DNA of 45,532 nucleotides from a virus. Taxonomy: Duplodnaviria; Caudoviricetes. Below are positions 35,438-44,702 of this stretch, in pieces. Location of the stretch: IMG/VR virus record IMGVR_UViG_3300044455_000078, positions 1 through 45,532 of that record. The stretch is one strand, 5' to 3'. The position numbers and the translations under genes are program-made. Position 1 is the stretch's first letter. Each line of letters starts with the position of its first letter. The notes below the pieces were generated by a model that saw nothing but the letters and a program-made list of their open reading frames with translations, made no database searches and was not told the origin of the DNA.

Positions 35438-38400
35438 TTATCTTCTTCTTTCTCTACGCTCTGGCCGTTCACGTCCCGGCTCTTGAGAGTACCATCCCAT
35501 GAGTGAATCATACGTATTCTCGCCACGCTTTAATCCACGTAGTGTTTTGCTAGTTTGTCTAGTGTAAGGGATACCCAAAAGTGTTGCTGTGGGCTCAAGT
35601 GGATTAGATGCCATTGGATCACCACGATAAGAACGTGCAAGATCACGTGCTATTTCACTTGCGGGCCCAGCAATCCCTCTACCGTATCGCATACTGCCAA
35701 CTCCTGGAATACGCTCCACTTGTCCTACTGCAAGGTCAAAAGCAAGATGTGGTAGGCTATGATCTTCCTTCATACCTTTACGTACATCCTCAACTGGATC
35801 AGGCAGTGGCGGTTGTATATGTAGCAGTTTATATAACTCATTTACTAACTGTGTCTTGATCAGCAATCCCAGAACGTTTTTAATAAACTGTGTTTGAGTA
35901 CGTGGGCCACCAGTCTCCCAACTACCAGTGCCACTAGGTACTCCACCTGGAGGTATATTGCTACCACCTCCACCACCACTCTTACCTTTACTAAGTACTT
36001 CATTTCTAAGGAAATTGAAATCACTTATTATGAACGTCTGGAACTGGGTGATTAATTTACCTAATGCATTACGCTGCGCACCTGATAAGTCACCTGGCAT
36101 TGTACTTCCTTGTGTGCGTACAACTAAGTCATCTGCATAGTGTACTGCATCCTTATGACTGTAGCCCATCTTAGAATTACGAGCAATTTTGTAGGCAGCA
36201 TTCCAACTCATAACTGCCGCTTCCATATCGAACAGCTCAAGTAACTTGAAGCCAGGCTGACCCAGAGCTTGCTGTACACTACCAAAATCACCTACACGTA
36301 TTGCGTGAAAGAAATCACGTGGTCTACGTCCTATTATAGCAGCAGCTGCTTGATTGTACGCGTCAATGAACTTACGTGAACTAAGTATTTCACTGCTCTC
36401 TAATGCAAATTGCCGCCGTTTGCCGCCGGTGAAATGATCTGCTAGGTTTGCAAAGACGGCTTGGACAGTTGCAGATGTACCTAATGCCTGACTCGTGTTG
36501 ACTAATGTACTTAATTGGATTCCAGCTGAACGAAACAAGCCCGATAGTGTAGCATATGCTATATTGCTGTTCAGTGTTTGCAGTACTATACGCTGCGTAG
36601 CTGGAATATCCATGTTTGTTCCAGTTGCAAGATAATCCGTCCATCGTCGTAGCTCAGTATAGAGTCCTGGCTTTTGATCCTTCAATGACCAAGTTTCTTT
36701 ACTGGTAACTGGATCAGGCAAGTTTGTATCAATAAGCTCATTCGTCTTCGCAATAAATGGACTCATATGAATGTCTTTGAGTGCGGCTTGTGCATAGGTA
36801 TCTAATATCTTGAGTGCATTCATTTCTGCTGTATAGAATGCGTGTTTACGTATCACGTATGGAAAGTTCGTAGCTTTGTGGTGAATATATTTAGAGTTTA
36901 TTGCGGCTGGAGTATCACGTGCTAGATCAACCTTTATTCCTATACGATTCAACAAGCTTATTGTACGTGCGAATGTTTGGTAGTCATCGACATGCGGTAG
37001 CGGTTCACGACCTGTTGCCTCACGTACTTCATTTATTCGAGTTTCAAGCGCAGCATAAACGCTATCGAATTTGGCTTGTAATTTTCTCTCAGGAATAGTA
37101 AGTGGTTTTGGTGTTACCTTATTGTAGGTAAGTATTCTTTGACCGTCTGCACCTTGACGCTGATATCCATTTGCACCAATGTTCTCTAGTGATCTCGAAC
37201 TGAAGCCACGGCTGATTTCTTGCATATCTACGTGTAGAGTATTCAACTCAGCATTAAGGTTCTTCTGTGCGGTGCGGTATGCGTAGTAGATAAATTCTGT
37301 GCCTGCTGCTTTGTGCTGTCGTATAGGAAGCTTCAAATCCCACGCCGTTCCACCAGGCTTAATATCACGTGCAGACTGCAAAGCAGTTACTTCACTCTTC
37401 CACAAAGGCGGTGCCTCAAGATGCGAAATTTTACTTATTACTCGATGCTTAACTACACGATCTCCTTTTATTACGTTCTCAGGATCAAAGCGCATATTAC
37501 GTGGATTTGTAGAATCTGGTGGTGCTGGATTATTGATCCTATCTAAATACGTCTCAAACTGAGCTACGTCTTCAGGTCTCGCACCAAACAGGAATTCACG
37601 TACGGTCTTGCCAGCCTTATGCATATCAGCTTGTAATCGCTGTGCAGCCATGCGCATTTCACGAGTGAAGTTTCCACCTATTGCACCTTGCTCGCCAATC
37701 ATAGTGTTTAGATCATCAAGTATATCAATGAATGCTCGACGTTCAGAAGTATCAATTCCTGCCCGATCAGTTTCAAGCATTTGCCTATAGTGTGGTATCA
37801 ATTCGCTGGGCAATCTTTCGCTAATGTCTACGCCTTGCTCTATAGCTTCCATAATCTCTCGAACTGTAGCAGGTCCAATATCACTTGTTTTGCTCTCAAC
37901 ATATGCACCAGCAGTTTCGCTGCTAATTGGCTTAGGAGCCAGGTTATCACCATTATTGAGGCGAGCATCAGTCCTGACGACATCTTTAGGAACGAGTTCA
38001 TAGTTCTTACCTTTCTTTACGTACAAATCAACACCAGTTTCAGCAGCAATACGAATTGCTTCACGCATGAGTTCTTGACCAGTAAATTCTTGTGCACGGT
38101 CAATCGGCAAGCCGGCAATATCAGCCTGACGTTGTAAGCTATCACGTAATACCTGGCCTACATCCGGACTCGTTCGTCCACTTTGAACTTGCCACTCAAT
38201 ATCTGTCAGTGTAGTACGAGAGTTCATACCAGTAGTATCGACAAATAAAGCATTGGGCTTGCCACCTGTAGTACGTACTTGTATAGATGTGCGTATTGGT
38301 TCAGTGTATTGTGATGGAAGTGTAGTAGAACGAGCACTTTCATTCAAGCCAGCAATATTACTTATTTCAACAAATCCTACGCTATCACCTTGTTGTAGCT

Positions 38401-40348
38401 GTATTTCTTCCTCAGCAATAACACGAGTTTCAGATGTAGTTGTTTCAGGTGCTTTCACAACTCTACGTTTACGTTTAGGCTTCTCAATTGCAGGACTTGT
38501 ATCTACTACTGATTCACTAGGTGCAGGAATTTCTACTTCAGTTCCAACTGGTGCAGTGTCGAGTACAGCCTCAGTTGCTGCAGTTTGTATGGCTGGTTTG
38601 TCTGCTACTTGTTGAAGCGTTTCAGTTCCAGCTTTCTTTGCACGTACTTTACGCAGCTGCTCGGCTATACCTCTTATTTCTTCTCGTGGAAATCCAAGAT
38701 CCATTAATCCCTTAAGTATATTTGAGCCATTTGCTGCTTCACGTGCAAGTCCTTTTAGCTCAGCTAATTTACCATCGTTCAAAAAAGCACGTGCTCGTGG
38801 ATCAGCTAGATTAGGACTAGCAGGAAGTGCAGCAGCTACTGTTGGTATCTCTGGTGAAACTGGTGCTGGTACAGTTTCAGGAGCAACAGTAGCTGCCACT
38901 TCAGGAGTAATTGCTGCAGCTGGTGGTAAATCCTCAGTACGAAAAGTTGTAGTGTCGCCACCTACCGTAGGACGTATTAATTCAGTAGGTGGAACTGTAG
39001 TTTCTTGTCTCCCGACATCTTCAGGTGCTAATGGACGATCAGCTGTTGGAGTAGGAGTAGGTATTGGTGCTTCTTGCCTACCAAGCACTGCATCTGCTAC
39101 TTCCATAGTATTTACTGGATGTGTTCCACGAGATTGCGGCTTGGGTATTTTATTTAGCTCAGTTTTAAGTGCTTCTATATTCGACTCAGGACCAAAGAGA
39201 TCAGGACGTTCAGTACGAAGCTGCTCTGTTTTACTGCGCAATGCTGATTCGTATTGTTCAAGCGCTGGATCAATAGCAGCACCTCCACCAGGTGCAGGAC
39301 CTTCGGGCTGCAGTTCACGTGGTGGTCGTCCTGCTTCACGATCAGCTTCATTTATAAACTTACCACGTGCTTCATCTATAGCTCTATCAAGCTGAGGATT
39401 TTTTGAGGCGGCATTTGCTAAGTCCTCAGCTGCACCTGTTGCATCAGCATCAGTTTTTCCTTTAGAGAATCGCTCCTTAAAGTTAGCTATTTTTGCTCTA
39501 AGTTCTGGTGCGGCCTCACGTATTCCACGATCTAATTTATAGAATAGATAAAGTTCTGTGGCAAAACTAAGTACTTTTGCTGTATCCTCATTAAGAATAC
39601 CTGCAGATGTAAGACCTTTTGCCGGTAGTTCAGCTATATCCTTCATAAAACCAGTTACTGTACCAACAGCCCTGTTAACATTCTTTGCAATATCAGATCT
39701 TGGTTCTGGAGTAAGATCATGAATAGTTTTATCCATACGCTGGAAGATATCACGGTAATGTGTTGGACTTTCAGGGCCGCCAGCTAATGGCCCACCGCCA
39801 GCAATACGTGCTAATTGTGTATTAAGAATATCACTAGCAGCTGTTGCAGCACCAAATGCAAATGCTCCCATTCCAGCAAGTGTTTTACCACCAGCTTCAG
39901 CTATATCACGTACAAAACCTGCGTGCTTTTGTAGTGTACTATAAATACTAAAAGGTTCACCCGAACTTGGAGTAGGTTGCAAGCCTAAAGGTTGTACGAG
40001 TTTCGATGAGCCAGGAGAAATAGCATCATTTGCACCTTCACCAATACGCGAAAGAATATTAGGTACATTTACATTCGGCATTGAAACACTTGGTAAAAGT
40101 TCGCGACCTTTTTGAAGTGTTGTTTTGCCAGCCTGAACAGTAGCAGGATCGAGTGGTACTGGAGGTGTAAGTTCAGTACCAGCTGGCTGACCAGTTAGTT
40201 TACTGTAGTGACTACGTAATGCTTCTTCTAAAGGAGGTTTAGTAGGAACATTTCGTGCTTCTATTTTCTTTAGACCAAATATATCTGCTTCACCTGATTC
40301 GCCTTCAAGTAAATAGCGTTCAACGTCGATAGGAGTAGTTGTTGCCAT
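35438..40348 (-). CDS. Large internal virion / ejection protein
   Basis: 1636 aa, last gene of the structural arm; ADDLVVRTQG...LITQFQTF resembles large podoviral core proteins. Confidence 0.65.
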   Translation of the reverse strand: MATTTPIDVERYLLEGESGEADIFGLKKIEARNVPTKPPLEEALRSHYSKLTGQPAGTELTPPVPLDPATVQAGKTTLQKGRELLPSVSMPNVNVPNILSRIGEGANDAISPGSSKLVQPLGLQPTPSSGEPFSIYSTLQKHAGFVRDIAEAGGKTLAGMGAFAFGAATAASDILNTQLARIAGGGPLAGGPESPTHYRDIFQRMDKTIHDLTPEPRSDIAKNVNRAVGTVTGFMKDIAELPAKGLTSAGILNEDTAKVLSFATELYLFYKLDRGIREAAPELRAKIANFKERFSKGKTDADATGAAEDLANAASKNPQLDRAIDEARGKFINEADREAGRPPRELQPEGPAPGGGAAIDPALEQYESALRSKTEQLRTERPDLFGPESNIEALKTELNKIPKPQSRGTHPVNTMEVADAVLGRQEAPIPTPTPTADRPLAPEDVGRQETTVPPTELIRPTVGGDTTTFRTEDLPPAAAITPEVAATVAPETVPAPVSPEIPTVAAALPASPNLADPRARAFLNDGKLAELKGLAREAANGSNILKGLMDLGFPREEIRGIAEQLRKVRAKKAGTETLQQVADKPAIQTAATEAVLDTAPVGTEVEIPAPSESVVDTSPAIEKPKRKRRVVKAPETTTSETRVIAEEEIQLQQGDSVGFVEISNIAGLNESARSTTLPSQYTEPIRTSIQVRTTGGKPNALFVDTTGMNSRTTLTDIEWQVQSGRTSPDVGQVLRDSLQRQADIAGLPIDRAQEFTGQELMREAIRIAAETGVDLYVKKGKNYELVPKDVVRTDARLNNGDNLAPKPISSETAGAYVESKTSDIGPATVREIMEAIEQGVDISERLPSELIPHYRQMLETDRAGIDTSERRAFIDILDDLNTMIGEQGAIGGNFTREMRMAAQRLQADMHKAGKTVREFLFGARPEDVAQFETYLDRINNPAPPDSTNPRNMRFDPENVIKGDRVVKHRVISKISHLEAPPLWKSEVTALQSARDIKPGGTAWDLKLPIRQHKAAGTEFIYYAYRTAQKNLNAELNTLHVDMQEISRGFSSRSLENIGANGYQRQGADGQRILTYNKVTPKPLTIPERKLQAKFDSVYAALETRINEVREATGREPLPHVDDYQTFARTISLLNRIGIKVDLARDTPAAINSKYIHHKATNFPYVIRKHAFYTAEMNALKILDTYAQAALKDIHMSPFIAKTNELIDTNLPDPVTSKETWSLKDQKPGLYTELRRWTDYLATGTNMDIPATQRIVLQTLNSNIAYATLSGLFRSAGIQLSTLVNTSQALGTSATVQAVFANLADHFTGGKRRQFALESSEILSSRKFIDAYNQAAAAIIGRRPRDFFHAIRVGDFGSVQQALGQPGFKLLELFDMEAAVMSWNAAYKIARNSKMGYSHKDAVHYADDLVVRTQGSTMPGDLSGAQRNALGKLITQFQTFIISDFNFLRNEVLSKGKSGGGGGSNIPPGGVPSGTGSWETGGPRTQTQFIKNVLGLLIKTQLVNELYKLLHIQPPLPDPVEDVRKGMKEDHSLPHLAFDLAVGQVERIPGVGSMRYGRGIAGPASEIARDLARSYRGDPMASNPLEPTATLLGIPYTRQTSKTLRGLKRGENTYDSLMGWYSQEPGRERPERRERRR

Positions 40349-40371
40349 TAATTAATCCTCATATAAATAAT

Positions 40372-40584
40372 AGCGCTGCGCGTCCTTACTGACGACGCTG
40401 CGATAAACCACCTGGATTGTTCAGCCACGCGCTCAAGGGAATCAATGCAACTTGTCGGTTCCACCTATCGTATAAGCCATGCTATGACTATAAGATCGAC
40501 TCCGTTCTCGCAGCTTTTTACAGATTGCTTCCAAGAACACATGCTGCGGGTTAGCATCAAGGCGATCAGCAGTACTTGCTGCTT
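40372..40584 (-). ncRNA. Conserved structured element, copy C
   Basis: Minus strand reads GATGCTAA...AGCAATCTG...CGGAGTCG..CTTATAGTCATAGC...TTCCCTTGAG...GACGCGCAGCGCT. Confidence 0.65.
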
Positions 40585-40609
40585 CGGTTAAAATCTAACC
40601 ACACTGAAC

Positions 40610-41644
40610 TCACTGAGGCTTATCCAATGTACTGGTTACTGCAGTATTCCAAGGGACAGGCACTTGCATCCACGGATAAAATACTTGCTCCATATACTGC
40701 TGGACAGTCATACTACGTGCTGCAGCAGAATCATATACTTCCTGCGCTGTATACTGATGTCCATCTACTTTAGGCAAGTCACGCTTATTCATTCGTGGCG
40801 AGCTACCGTAAACTGTACCTGGTTTTGATTCAAGTATATAAACATACGGCTTTTTACTTGTAGCGTGGAACATATCCGCATCAGGCGCCAGTTCATTTTC
40901 AGCGTTAATTATTGCGTAGCCTCCTGGACGCTTATTAGTAAGATTCTGTTCTGCATCGGTGGAAAGTTTAAGTGACGATTGTTCATCCTTACGAGCTGCA
41001 CTTATTTTTTCCTGCCGTTCCTTCTCTAGTTTCGCCATCAGCTGAATATTATCGTTGCGTTCTTTAACTAAATCCATTCCCTTAGCACTAAACCTTTGTC
41101 CTTTTGTAATAAGGTCTACGTACTCTGCATTCTGCTTATCTAACAGCGCAGCACGCTTTGGATACAATGCAAGTGTTTCCTGAGCATTAGCACGTGATGC
41201 TCCAGCAGCTTCAAGACTTTGCTCAATATTCGCCGTTATATTACGCTTCTCATATTCAAGCAATTCATCAACGCGTCTTGTTTGAGCCCGGTATTGAGCT
41301 GTTTGTGCACGCTCCTGCTCAACTTTTACTGGCAGTAGTGTTTCACTACTTACACGACTAGCTCTACTCGCACCAGCTGCTTCCTTAGACTGGTCAATTT
41401 CAGCCAGCATTTTTGCTGCAACATGTGGCAGTTGTTCACGCAAGGATGCAGCTTGTTGCCTATTCAAATCACCTGCTGTTTCACGGTAGGCAATTTCACT
41501 CTGAATATTTCTACCTTGTATTATGTCGTTCACACTACGCTGACGTAATTGCTCACGTTGAGTATCAACTTGTACAATATTCGCAACTTGTTCTGGATTT
41601 AGCCCCGCAAGACTTCCACTCTCAAATCCTCCGGGGCTTAATAG
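40610..41644 (-). CDS. Coiled-coil internal virion protein, probably made as a -1 frameshift extension of 41638..42156
   Basis: The frame is open 37 codons upstream of the annotated GTG, back to the slippery site CCCTTTC. Confidence 0.7.
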   Translation of the reverse strand, partial: LLSPGGFESGSLAGLNPEQVANIVQVDTQREQLRQRSVNDIIQGRNIQSEIAYRETAGDLNRQQAASLREQLPHVAAKMLAEIDQSKEAAGASRASRVSSETLLPVKVEQERAQTAQYRAQTRRVDELLEYEKRNITANIEQSLEAAGASRANAQETLALYPKRAALLDKQNAEYVDLITKGQRFSAKGMDLVKERNDNIQLMAKLEKERQEKISAARKDEQSSLKLSTDAEQNLTNKRPGGYAIINAENELAPDADMFHATSKKPYVYILESKPGTVYGSSPRMNKRDLPKVDGHQYTAQEVYDSAAARSMTVQQYMEQVFYPWMQVPVPWNTAVTSTLDKPQ

Positions 41645-42156
41645 AAAGGGAATATCTCATCTAAACTAGGACGATTTGATGCTAACATTTGTCTAGCTGG
41701 TGCACTGGCAGCTGGACTTGGCGCAGGCATAATTGGAGCTTGTTGTGTTGGCGTAGTTCCAGTGAGTGGTTGTGTACGTACTGGTTGTACTGGTGGTGCA
41801 AGTACAGTTCCAGTACCTTCTGGCTCATTGCCTGAACCTAAATTCAGTTCAAAGTTGAGTGCACCAGAAGGCGTCATTTTCATACTATTTAGGCCAGGCT
41901 TATCTGGAGGCGTAATTCCACCGTGCAAATCAATAAGCTTTTGGATTTGTGCTTTCCTTGCTGCGTCTCGTTTATCTATAGCACCCTGAGCGGCCTTGCT
42001 GCTAATCATATTCGCAGTTGCACCACCTATAACACCTCCTGCCCCATCTGGATCTGCTGATTTTCCCATATTTGCAAGTAATAACTGGAAGTTGGGATCA
42101 GCTAACATTCCTGAGAAGCTCAAACCAGCTGCTGGTGAACCTGTAGTTTCAGCCAT
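41638..42156 (-). CDS. Putative internal virion protein (frameshift N-terminal partner)
   Basis: 172 aa, AAGGAG Shine-Dalgarno, Gly/Ala- then Pro-rich, ends at the slippery site. Confidence 0.75.
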   Translation of the reverse strand: MAETTGSPAAGLSFSGMLADPNFQLLLANMGKSADPDGAGGVIGGATANMISSKAAQGAIDKRDAARKAQIQKLIDLHGGITPPDKPGLNSMKMTPSGALNFELNLGSGNEPEGTGTVLAPPVQPVRTQPLTGTTPTQQAPIMPAPSPAASAPARQMLASNRPSLDEIFPFY

Positions 42157-42185
42157 TTCTATCTCCTTCGGTTAAAGTTTAACCA

Positions 42186-42378
42186 CAACGTTGCGCCACG
42201 AGCTTGCGAGTGCCAGTGATCTGCTTGGTACTACCCAATCGCCAAGACTTTTCCCGCCGGGGCCACCGTCTTACTTCTTGCTGAAGGAGCAGTTTGTCAA
42301 GTTCCGCTGCACCAGCATCTTGACAAGCAGCGCACGGAAGCATCACAATCCGCAGGTGGCCACAAGGGAATTGGCGTG
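42186..42378. ncRNA. Rod-like structured element F
   Basis: Nested inverted repeats CGCCAA/TTGGCG, TTCCC/GGGAA, GGCCACC/GGTGGCC and GTTTGTCAAG/CTTGACAAGC. Confidence 0.5.
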
Positions 42379-42684
42379 CTAAAATAATATATCACCTACA
42401 ACAAAGTGTCCTTTAGAACTGTGATCTTGCCACGGACTAATTACAAAGTATAATTGCCACTTGTATGTTCCAGCTGAATTAACCACGCCTGATTCAACTG
42501 CGTACTCAACACGCCCGTCAGTTCCATCAGTAATATGGACTAGTGGCTTTGTTACGTGCACACCATCAGGCTTTACAAGCTTAACTTGCATCACGCTTGC
42601 ATTTGACACGTCTAGTATTTCGCCCTCATCTACAACAGTCCAACGCAGCTTCGTACCAATTGCGTTCTTGCAAATATCGTACAT
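42379..42684 (-). CDS. BppU-N / Ig-like structural protein
   Basis: LVKPDG...DGTDGRVEY....G.VNSAGTYKWQ pattern. Confidence 0.6.
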   Translation of the reverse strand: MYDICKNAIGTKLRWTVVDEGEILDVSNASVMQVKLVKPDGVHVTKPLVHITDGTDGRVEYAVESGVVNSAGTYKWQLYFVISPWQDHSSKGHFVVGDILF

Positions 42685-42685
42685 A

Positions 42686-42904
42686 TTAACGCTCCACCGT
42701 CACTGAGGGTGATGTAAGTACTTGTGCTATAAGATCTTTTTGCTTACTTAAGTTTGCCCGTGTGGTTAAAATTCTTCCAAAGCGTGCTATGCCAAGTTCT
42801 ATTATTTCAGCCTGGCCAAAGTCCGCATCAAAGAATACGCCAAATCCACGAGTAACAATATGTCGTGGCGACCAAAGTTGAGTAACAATATATTTAGTTG
42901 CCAT
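42686..42904 (-). CDS. Hypothetical structural protein
   Basis: 72 aa, translationally coupled. Confidence 0.55.
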   Translation of the reverse strand: MATKYIVTQLWSPRHIVTRGFGVFFDADFGQAEIIELGIARFGRILTTRANLSKQKDLIAQVLTSPSVTVER

Positions 42905-43461
42905 TAGCTAGTTCTTATACGTTGTGTTGGTGCAGTTGGATCATTCATAGTAAATACCATTGCGTCTGTTGTTCCGTCAAGACGTTTAGCACGAATCAAG
43001 TTTGAGTCAATAACGAATTGTGAGAGTGCAGCCCACGTCATAAACATTAGCTGATCACGTGTAGGTGCAACTCCATCTGCTGCATATGATTCAGTTAATT
43101 GGTTCATAGAGCCAGCATTTACTATAAGTGTGTAGATATCTGAACGGTCGAAATCAAGTAAATTTCTTTGTGGTGCGTCAAAGAACAGCGAACCATCTCC
43201 CCACTCAAATTGTGGATCACTCCAAATAACAAGAATTTTGTCTGCAGCCATTTCACCAGCTGACAATGGAATAGTAATACATCCACTGCCTATTGGCGTC
43301 TCAGTTGGTAGTGTTATTAAGTTCGTTGGTGTACCGTTATCTAAACTTACCTTAAAGTCACCGGCAGCAATTGTAGGTGTTTTCTTAATACGTCCTGGAT
43401 TAAGCGTATCGAGCAAAGTTATTCTAAATGAGTATGCCTTATTACGTTCCGGTAATGGCAT
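42904..43461 (-). CDS. Hypothetical structural protein
   Basis: 185 aa, AAAGGA Shine-Dalgarno. Confidence 0.65.
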   Translation of the reverse strand: MPLPERNKAYSFRITLLDTLNPGRIKKTPTIAAGDFKVSLDNGTPTNLITLPTETPIGSGCITIPLSAGEMAADKILVIWSDPQFEWGDGSLFFDAPQRNLLDFDRSDIYTLIVNAGSMNQLTESYAADGVAPTRDQLMFMTWAALSQFVIDSNLIRAKRLDGTTDAMVFTMNDPTAPTQRIRTS

Positions 43462-43589
43462 GGTTTAATCCTTTAAAGGCGGACAGTGTTTATATGTCAT
43501 CTTAATTGGCCCGCCTTCACGTAAGAAGGGCATTATAGTACCAAGCTACCCTCTGTCATGTCCGGGCTGCATAGAACGTCCTTAAGTTA

Positions 43590-44702
43590 CTACGTACATA
43601 CATTTACGTGTGGTTGTGCAGTAATAATAGATGGTATTGCACTAAGCACTTCAATCACGTGATGTGTCAACCTTACACTATGCGTGCCAACTGTCACGTC
43701 ATCTATGCCAGCTTCTAATGTATCTATTGCACTAATAGTCCATAATGCACCTGCTGGATCACTTGCATACAAAGTACTATAATATCGCCAAGTAGAACTG
43801 AGTGTAAATGCACTTCCTAGCATTATAGTACCAGCAGCATTACGTAATACACTCCGTACTTGAGGCGTAGTGCCAGTTGTAGACCGTGCTGCTAGCATAT
43901 GCTGAACTCCTATTGGTGCGTGTGGACTAAGCAATGGCAAATCCGCCATTTGATGCGTGTCACGTAAGCCATTAGTTGCACTCACTATATAGCTTGTATC
44001 TGCATCGTGCAGTACCTCACTCAATAATGAGTAGTGCGACGTACCGCTGCTTACAGTCCACGAACTATTGCTACCATCAGCATTAGGCATTAAGATGTCA
44101 GCACGGCAATCGCCTAGTAATGAGTTGTTTGTTACTCCTTGCCCATCGCACATATATAAGTCATCTATATTCTGAGTTCCCCAGACGCTTGCAGACGTGC
44201 GACCAACACGAATCATATTCGCAGATGCATTTGCTGTAAATTGCGTGTTTACGTTAATGAGTGATAGCCAATCTGCTTCATTAATACGTATACGACCAGT
44301 ACCTAATGTGGAGTGAATAAACACGCTGAATTCTAAGTAGTATACTGTATTCAGTGCAATTGCTAGCGTTGTATTTGCCAGCAGTGTGTTCTCCCTCCAA
44401 TAGCCAAGCGTTCGATCCGGGTTGATTGTAAGGCTTACCTGTGGACTTGCAGCATCAAGTACAGCAATCATGTTTGCAGCGGTACTTGGTGGAGCTGCTG
44501 TTGTAGAAAAGGAGAAGCCAACGTGCCAAGATTGCTGTGCATCAAGTGTTTGTATAACGTATGTACTTGCTCCTCCTATACGCAAGCACTGTGTACCACG
44601 TCGTCCCATACCAGCAACTATTGTCGCGCTATTGTTTGTCCACTTATATTGCAAGTTGTCACTATCGTAGTGGTCAAAGCTATCCACGAAACGCAGTGCC
44701 AT
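43590..44702 (-). CDS. Concanavalin A / LamG-like virion protein
   Basis: 370 aa, beta-rich; MALRFVDSFDHY...YYLEF...IDDLYMCD pattern. Confidence 0.6.
   Translation of the reverse strand: MALRFVDSFDHYDSDNLQYKWTNNSATIVAGMGRRGTQCLRIGGASTYVIQTLDAQQSWHVGFSFSTTAAPPSTAANMIAVLDAASPQVSLTINPDRTLGYWRENTLLANTTLAIALNTVYYLEFSVFIHSTLGTGRIRINEADWLSLINVNTQFTANASANMIRVGRTSASVWGTQNIDDLYMCDGQGVTNNSLLGDCRADILMPNADGSNSSWTVSSGTSHYSLLSEVLHDADTSYIVSATNGLRDTHQMADLPLLSPHAPIGVQHMLAARSTTGTTPQVRSVLRNAAGTIMLGSAFTLSSTWRYYSTLYASDPAGALWTISAIDTLEAGIDDVTVGTHSVRLTHHVIEVLSAIPSIITAQPHVNVCT

Larger units (their letters stand above)
2451..42779. repeat. Dispersed 17-bp palindrome YGGTTA-N5-TAACCA (about 14 copies)
   Basis: Starts at 2451, 4001 (degenerate), 11794, 16356, 18334, 18990, 21383, 22085 (deg.), 22272 (deg.), 25114, 29306, 35413, 40585 and 42169; a weaker intragenic copy starts at 42763. 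Confidence 0.9.

Noticed and set aside
2451-42185. Integron attC or XerCD dif interpretation of the palindrome
   Set aside because: GTTRRRY and RYYYAAC-like halves are in the wrong order and spacing for attC, there is no dif consensus, and no tyrosine recombinase is encoded.
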